NCBI RefSeq assembly: GCF_006345805.1
Contig: NW_021825637.1
Coordinates: 1-14,035, forward strand
Length of the DNA stretch: 14,035 nucleotides
Direction: 5' to 3'
Origin: Octopus sinensis
Taxonomy: Eukaryota
A program made the position numbers and the translations under genes. Shown here in pieces: positions 8,152 to 14,035 of the stretch. Numbering within the stretch: the stretch's first letter is position 1; each line of letters opens with the position of its first letter. The notes beneath the pieces were generated by a model, which was not told where the DNA came from, did no database searches, and was given only the letters and a program-made list of their open reading frames with translations.

Positions 8152-8262
8152 GACGCGTGGCCTAATGGTTAAAGTGTTGGATTCGTGAACATAATGATGT
8201 GGGTTCGATTCTGTGAGCAAAACAGTTTTAATTTCGCATTGCACCAATTAGCTGAAATAAAT
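8152..8262 (+). mobile_element. SINE family D, 5' head (truncated)
   Basis: A box TGGCCTAATGG 8158-8168 and B box GGTTCGATTC 8202-8211; similar to the reverse complement of about 9310-9377 and 10018-10108. Confidence 0.75.
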
Positions 8263-8264
8263 AC

Positions 8265-9022
8265 TTATTTCTTTACTACCCACAAGGGGCTAAACATGGA
8301 GGGGACAAACAAGGACAAACAAACGGATTAAGTCGATTACATCGACTCCAGTGCGTAACTTGTACTTAATTTATCGACCCCGAAAGGATGAAAGGCAAAG
8401 TCGACCTCGGCGGAATTTGAACTCAGAATGTAACGGCAGACGAAATACCTATTTCTATTTCTTTACTACTCACAAGGGGCTAAACACAGAGAGGACAAAC
8501 AAGGACAGACAAACGGATTAAGTCGATTACATCGACCCCAGTGCGTAACTGGTACTTATTTAATCGACCCCGAAAGGATGAAAGGCAAAGTCGACCTCGG
8601 CGGAATTTGAACTCAGAACATAACGGCAGACGAAATACCTATTTCTTTACTACCTACAAGGGACTAAACACAGAGAGGACAAACAGGGACAAACAAACGG
8701 ATTAAGTCGATTACATCGACCCCAGTGCGTAACTGGTACTTAATTTATCGACCCCGAAAGGATGAAAGGTAAAGTCGACCTCGGCGGAATTTGAACTCAG
8801 AACGTAACGGCAGTCGAAATACCTATTTCTATTTCTTTACTACTCACAAGGGGCTAAACGCAGAGAGGACAAACAAGGACAGTCAAACGGATTAGGTCGA
8901 TTACATCGACCCCAGCGCGTAACTGGTGCTTATTTAATCGACCTCGGCAGAATTTGAACTCAGAACGTAGCAGCAGACGAAATACCCCTAAGCATTTCGC
9001 CCGGCGTGCTAACGATTCTGCC
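8265..9022 (-). mobile_element. SINE family B, head-to-tail tetramer (8265-8448, 8449-8638, 8639-8822, 8823-9022)
   Basis: Four ~185-200-bp colinear units with junctions GAAATAC|CTATTTC; the tRNA-like head is only at the 9022 end. Confidence 0.95.
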
Positions 9023-9149
9023 AATCCATTAATGGTGCTGTCCGCTCTCCCTCCGGCTGCCACTCACATCCTGGATGCTCCATCGGATCAAGTGTGAAAC
9101 GGCTGAAGTGTATTTGCTCACGACTACGTGGTTAATCCACATTACTCTG

Positions 9150-9377
9150 TAAGGAGATTAAGGCCGGTTTCCCGGTTTCTCAGGCGTATATATTTCTCCT
9201 TGGACGGGTCACCGGTCAGTCGCAGGTACTACCCATTTTTACCAGCAGAGTGGGCGGGAGTAACGTGAAATAAAATGCTTTGCTCAAGAATACAACATGT
9301 CGTCCGGTCCAGGAATCGAGACCACAATCTTACGATCATGACTCCAATACCCTAACCAGTTAGCCATATGCTTCCAC
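9150..9377 (-). mobile_element. SINE family D, near full length
   Basis: The reverse complement has a tRNA-like head (tggctaactggttaggg...gtctcgattcc), a central cttgagcaaagcattttatttcacgtt segment and a 3' gcgactgaccggtgacccgtccaagg segment. These resemble CORE/V-type SINE bodies; I could not verify the assignment. Confidence 0.8.
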
Positions 9378-10017
9378 TGTAAGCCATATGCCTCTACACC
9401 AAGCCATGCGCCTACATAGGTAGCTGAGATATAGCTTGGTACATGCTAGCAATTCATAGTCACTTGTGAGTTACGACTCTAGTTAACAATAAAATGCAAA
9501 AGTTGACATTCCGTTAATCGCATGTCTAAAATGGCAAACGGCTAAAATTGCAGCGCAACACTCTAGACACAAATGGCAGTTTTACGCTTGAGCCAAGATT
9601 ATAGCTCTTCAATATAGTACTTCTTAATGAAATAAGTGGTTGGTATTCATTATGAATTATAAAAGAGAAATGAACCACTGTAAAAGAAAACAGATGTGAT
9701 GGGACAGATTATAGCAGAATGAGTGTGAACCACGTGGTGTACCCCTGTTGATCAGCTTTCATAGGGAAGGTGGTCCCATGTAGATTAAGATGAGATGGGT
9801 TTAGAAGTTTGAAATTTATATAAGAAGTAAACAGCAAAGTGTGCCAAATATACGCATTTAATATTTCTTTTTCCTACACATTATAAAGATCTTTAAAATT
9901 TCTTGTGGTTGGTAGCCATGTACTGAGCTATTTCATCCTTCTGTGAAATCGTCAGCTCGGCATAACCCGAGGCAAATAAATTAAGCTAAATTAAACATTA
10001 TTTAATTGGTATTTACG

Positions 10018-10108
10018 GGGCACAACATGCCGCCCGGAGCAAAAAATCGAACCCACGGATTTGTGATCCAGAGCTCAACACCCCTAAGCATTAGGCCACG
10101 TACCTTCA
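10018..10108 (-). mobile_element. SINE family D, 5' head
   Basis: The reverse complement reads gtggcctaatgcttagggg...gggttcgatt...ccgggcggcatgttgtg, with A and B boxes. Confidence 0.75.
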
Positions 10109-10220
10109 TATGTATAATTTAATATGAATATCAGAATAAAAGGAAGTGGAACAGCTTTAGCACATGCTGAGTAAACAGGAACATCGTAAAATGGAGTGCC
10201 AGACCGGGAAGCTACATTTT

Positions 10221-10292
10221 TTCCCACGAGAGTTCCGGCCCCCAGTAACGAACTCATTTGCATACAACCAATCAGAGCTCACCTTGACCTTG
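10221..10292. promoter_or_regulatory. Candidate cis-regulatory motif cluster: CSL/Su(H), octamer, CCAAT and nuclear-receptor half-site
   Basis: TTCCCACG 10221-10228, ATTTGCAT 10256-10263, CCAATCAG 10268-10275 and TGACCTTG 10285-10292 within 72 bp of non-repetitive DNA. Motif match only. Confidence 0.3.
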
Positions 10293-10712
10293 TTGTACAC
10301 AAACAACTACGCAGAGGCAGCTATGCGGATAACGAAGGATAAGATCCGTTCAGGTCTCAGATTATTCTTAAACGCAAAGCTTAACATAGCATTCATGAAT
10401 GTGTTAAGAACAAACGTTCTATTGGTAAAAAACATTCTACCAAATAAACTCAAGACGAGGAACGATGCTGTAAGTCGACCAATCGCCAAGTTATGCCTGG
10501 TTTTAAAAGGAGACAAGTAATTAGATAGATTTTAATCTATATCTATTATCACATTTTGTTAGGGCCCCATATGGTAAAGATGTGGATGGGAAAAATGTGG
10601 GTAGAGGGTGATGTGCGAGCAACCCTCTCCCTTTGTTGTTTTACAAAGTAAACAACAACACAAATAATTACGCAGAGGCAGCCATGGTTGAAACAACAAC
10701 AAAAGCAACAAG

Positions 10713-11250
10713 CATTCTTTTCTACTCTAGGCACAATTTCCCCGAAATTTTTGGGGAAGGGGCTAGTCGATTAGGTCGACCCCAGTACGCGACTGGTACT
10801 TAATTTAATGACCCCGAATGGATGAAAGGCAAAGTCGACCTCGGTGGAATTTGAACTCAGGACGTAAAGGCAGACGAAATACCTATTTCTTTACTACTCA
10901 CAAGGGGCTAAACACAGACAGGACAAAAAAGGACAGACAAACGGATTAAGTCGATTATATCGACCCCCAGTGCGTAACTGGTACTTATTTAATCGACCTC
11001 TAAAGGATGAAAGGCTGAATATTTCTTTACTACCCACAAAGGGCTAAACACAGAGGGGACAAACAAGGACAGACAGACGGATTAAGTCGATTAGATCGAC
11101 CCCAGTGCGTAACTGGTACTTATTTAATCGACCCCGAAAGGATGAAAGGCTAAGTCGACCTCGGTGGAATTTGAACTCAGAACGTAGCGACAGACGAAAT
11201 ACTGCTAAGCATTTCGCCAGGCGTGCTAACGTTTCTGCCAGCTCGCCGCC
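10713..11250 (-). mobile_element. SINE family B trimer (about 10713-10882 with a variant 3' tail; 10883-11016 5'-truncated; 11020-11250 complete)
   Basis: B box complement GGAATTTGAACTC 11166-11178 and A box complement CTAACGTTTCTGCCA 11226-11240; junction GAAATAC|CTATTTC at 10882/10883. Confidence 0.92.
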
Positions 11251-11587
11251 TTGGACTATATAAATATATTGAATCACTTTATGGCAGCAGAATATACACG
11301 TGATGCGAAACATTTGTGGCAGTTGAAAAATATATCGAGATGTTAGCTGAACAACAACTTCAAGTATGGTGGGATGAAACCCCGTAAGTAAATCAAGTTA
11401 GGTTGATAACTTGCCAAAGAATGGAAAGAAGTGTTACACAAAGAGAATAAAGAAAACAAAAAATAGAATAAAATAAAGCAGCACTATCACTGAATCAATA
11501 ATTAGTTTTATATCTTTATAGTTTTGGCCTAAATCTCGTGGTTTGTACAATGATGGTATTACTACGGTCACTTTAAAAACGGACGCT

Positions 11588-11599
11588 GTAGTAGTAGTA

Positions 11600-11690
<91 letters not shown>

Positions 11691-11858
11691 GGTGGTGGTG
11701 GTAGTGTTGGTGTTGGTGGTAGTGTTGGTGTTGGTGGTGGTGTTGTTGTTGTTGGTGTTGTTGTTATTGTTGGTGTTGTTGTTGTTGTTGGTGGTGGTGG
11801 TTGTGGTGGTGGTTGTGGTGGTGGTGGTGGTCGTCGTCGTCGTTGTTGTTGGTGGTGT
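11588..11858. repeat. Compound triplet microsatellite: (TAG)n, then (GGT)/(GTT)n
   Basis: Direct inspection. Confidence 0.96.
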
Positions 11859-11869
11859 TGGCATTTCAT

Positions 11870-11928
11870 TCTGAGTCAGCTCCGATTGAGCAGACCTTGG
11901 ATAAAAAGCGTTTCAGATGTGACCTTCC
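11870..11928 (+). mobile_element. Family C fragment
   Basis: gagtcagctccgattgagcagacc...gtgacc aligns with 5685-5745. Confidence 0.45.
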
Positions 11929-12156
11929 CTTCTTCTATTCAGATGTACTGCATAGCATTATCGACTTATCTTATTTGTTCATTTATTTATTTATTTATCT
12001 ATTTATTTCGGAAGATCAGATCTTAGGATGTGACTTGAGGAAATTGTGGTTGCTATTACTAGCAGATCTTATGACGACGTTCAAGACCGTCTATTTGCAA
12101 TATATTTGGATAACGGCTCAACTGGAGCTACAAGAAAAAAATAATAACATCACCAT

Positions 12157-12198
12157 CTACTACTACTACTACTACTACTACTATTACTGCAGCTACCC

Positions 12199-12233
<35 letters not shown>

Positions 12234-12384
12234 GCAGCTCCATCAGCAACTGCAGCCACCACTTCTATTACTACCACTTACTACTACAGCTACCACCGCC
12301 ATCACTACTACCACTACTACTGCAGCTGCTACTACTACTATTACTGCTGCTGCTGCTCCTGCGGCTAAGAGTAGTAGCAGCAGC

Positions 12385-12424
<40 letters not shown>

Positions 12425-12462
12425 TAGTAGTAGTAGTAGTAGTAGTACATACATACATACAT
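12157..12462. repeat. (CTA/CTG)n tract followed by an inverted (TAG/CAG)n tract, then (TACA)n
   Basis: The orientation flips at about 12359-12368. Confidence 0.93.
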
Positions 12463-12987
12463 AAGATACAAATAAAATATAAATAACAAAATTAATACAA
12501 AAAACAGCAAAAAATATCAAAGGAACGTTCACAGTTAATATTATTAGGTTCACGCTCAAAGAACGAAAAGTTAAAGATCAAAAGTATAACGTTTCGGACA
12601 TAATCTTTTGTCAAATACTAGAGGTAAGTTCAAAGAAATACAAGGAAGAAAGGAAATGAAATGATAAAACAGAGAAGAGAACCAGGAAAATAAACGCACC
12701 CGTGTTACGTTCACATGCTCGGTCTTCCTCTCTAAGCTGGAACACGACCGATTTCTTCGTGAATGAGTAAAAGACAGATAAACAGATAGAGAAGGAGAAT
12801 GAGGAGAAGAATCGAACTCAATCGATTCCGAATGAATGAAAGGTAAATTTGACCCCGGAACGCAGATATCCACGGTGAATACAACGAAATCTATCCAACG
12901 TTTTAACGACTGTGCTATTTGATTCATTTAGCCATTGATAGATGACGTCTAAAACAAAAGACAAGATAATCGTGGGTAGAACACATT

Positions 12988-13022
12988 TGGTTTGTTTGAT
13001 CAGAGCTGACCCAGGGCTAAAG
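12988..13022 (-). mobile_element. Family C fragment
   Basis: The reverse complement reads tttagccctgggtcagctctgatcaaacaaacc. Confidence 0.45.
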
Positions 13023-13210
13023 AAAAAAAAAAAGAAACATAGCAACAAGAGCAGCCAAATAATCCTCAAATAACAATTTTTTTACGAAAGGAAAGGCAGG
13101 AAGATTAATGTAGGCCCTTGCTACGACGTGCTGGTCACAGCTGGAATGTCGTTGAGCATTGGTCCGTTCGATCAGTGCTAAACTGGAATTAAACAACAAA
13201 ACAGCAACGA

Positions 13211-13336
13211 CTACTACTGCTGCTGCTACTGCTGCTGTTGCTACTACTACTACTACTACTACTACTACTATACTACTACTACTACTACTATCACTACTAC
13301 TACTATCACTACTACTACTACTACTACTACTACTAT

Positions 13337-13368
<32 letters not shown>

Positions 13369-13369
13369 T

Positions 13370-13403
<34 letters not shown>

Positions 13404-13442
13404 AACTACTACTACTACTACTGCTACTACTGCTGCTGCGGC
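13211..13442. repeat. (CTA)n / (CTG)n microsatellite
   Basis: Direct inspection. Confidence 0.96.
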
Positions 13443-13666
13443 TGAAACGAGAAACTCAAACAACAAACTCAAACTCCTACTACCACCAAAGCAACAACAC
13501 GGACACTACCACCTCCAAAACAACAACAACAACGGCGGATACAACGAATTCAATGAGAAACAATAACAACCACAGGAGCAATAATAACAACTTATATCTA
13601 ATCAACAAGAGCAACAACGACCACACAACATAACAAAAATCCTCTGAGCCCCACCCCCCACTCCCT

Positions 13667-13671
<5 letters not shown>

Positions 13672-13702
<31 letters not shown>
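13672..13702. repeat. (CT)n microsatellite
   Basis: Direct inspection. Confidence 0.95.
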
Positions 13703-13704
<2 letters not shown>

Positions 13705-14035
13705 GAACAATAGATCTATGTTATGCAGACCACGATTCCAGCAAGCCAACCTGCTTATGGCGACTCACGCATTTGTCAAAATGTAAAAACGAATCGGTTT
13801 TTTCCCTTAAGGCTATTTAACAGAATGATTGAAGCTTTAATGCTGAAAAACAAAAGCTGTGGTGGCCCGAATCTGGACAGAGACGTGCTAGTTAATAAAT
13901 AAGGTGCAACGTAAGAGTCTAGCAAGACGTGAGATATTAATTAATGTACGGACTACCAACTGGTCAGCTAAATAACAATTCTCAAATGGATAAATGTTGT
14001 TCGTTTTCTTCTCTGCTGTCGTTTGTTGGTTGTTG

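Noticed and set aside
8152-8215. tRNA gene at the A-box/B-box pair (also at the 6563, 9377, 10108 and 11250 heads)
   Set aside because: No complete cloverleaf; each head runs into a SINE body shared by several copies.
9923-9960. - strand CTGACGA...GAAA resembling a hammerhead
   Set aside because: The only stem II (UUUCA/UGAAA) would sequester the GAAA core and there is no room for stem III. It is just an imperfect inverted repeat.
10164-10520. 118-aa ORF as a protein-coding gene
   Set aside because: No recognisable domain or clear codon bias. Kept only as a non-repetitive island with motifs.
1991-11313. Similar ORFs at 1991-2179, 2052-2273, 8854-9063 and 11044-11313 suggesting a gene family
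   Set aside because: All are translations of non-coding SINE B copies.
12571-12927. 118-aa - strand ORF
   Set aside because: The Ser/Phe/Leu-rich composition follows from a pyrimidine-rich strand; no recognisable homology or convincing splice signals.
11568-13749. Poly-T/L/Y/V/S ORFs
   Set aside because: Direct translations of triplet microsatellites; the same applies to the IY/CV/MYVC ORFs at 1332-1825, 4506-5153 and 7159-7774.

Overview
AT-rich eukaryotic DNA with no complete gene. The repeat families look like those of an Octopus (coleoid cephalopod) genome; this is my recognition of the sequence, not a database result. The window is mostly tRNA-derived SINEs: family A (internal TA/TG microsatellite, 4 copies), family B (three head-to-tail multimer clusters on the - strand) and family D (one near-complete copy plus two heads). 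It also holds fragments of an unclassified family C, a hAT-type MITE with an 8-bp TSD, the 3' end of an RTE-clade LINE, a 28-bp minisatellite and many microsatellites. Almost every ORF in the supplied track is a by-product of these repeats. Most notable: (1) a type I hammerhead ribozyme motif with an intact core at 1249-1293, on a ~300-bp insert nested in a SINE microsatellite, plus a degenerate hammerhead-like motif at 58-93; (2) SINE-B multimers that reuse one exact quasi-palindromic junction at three loci; (3) a short GC3-rich candidate coding exon at 3577-3738.
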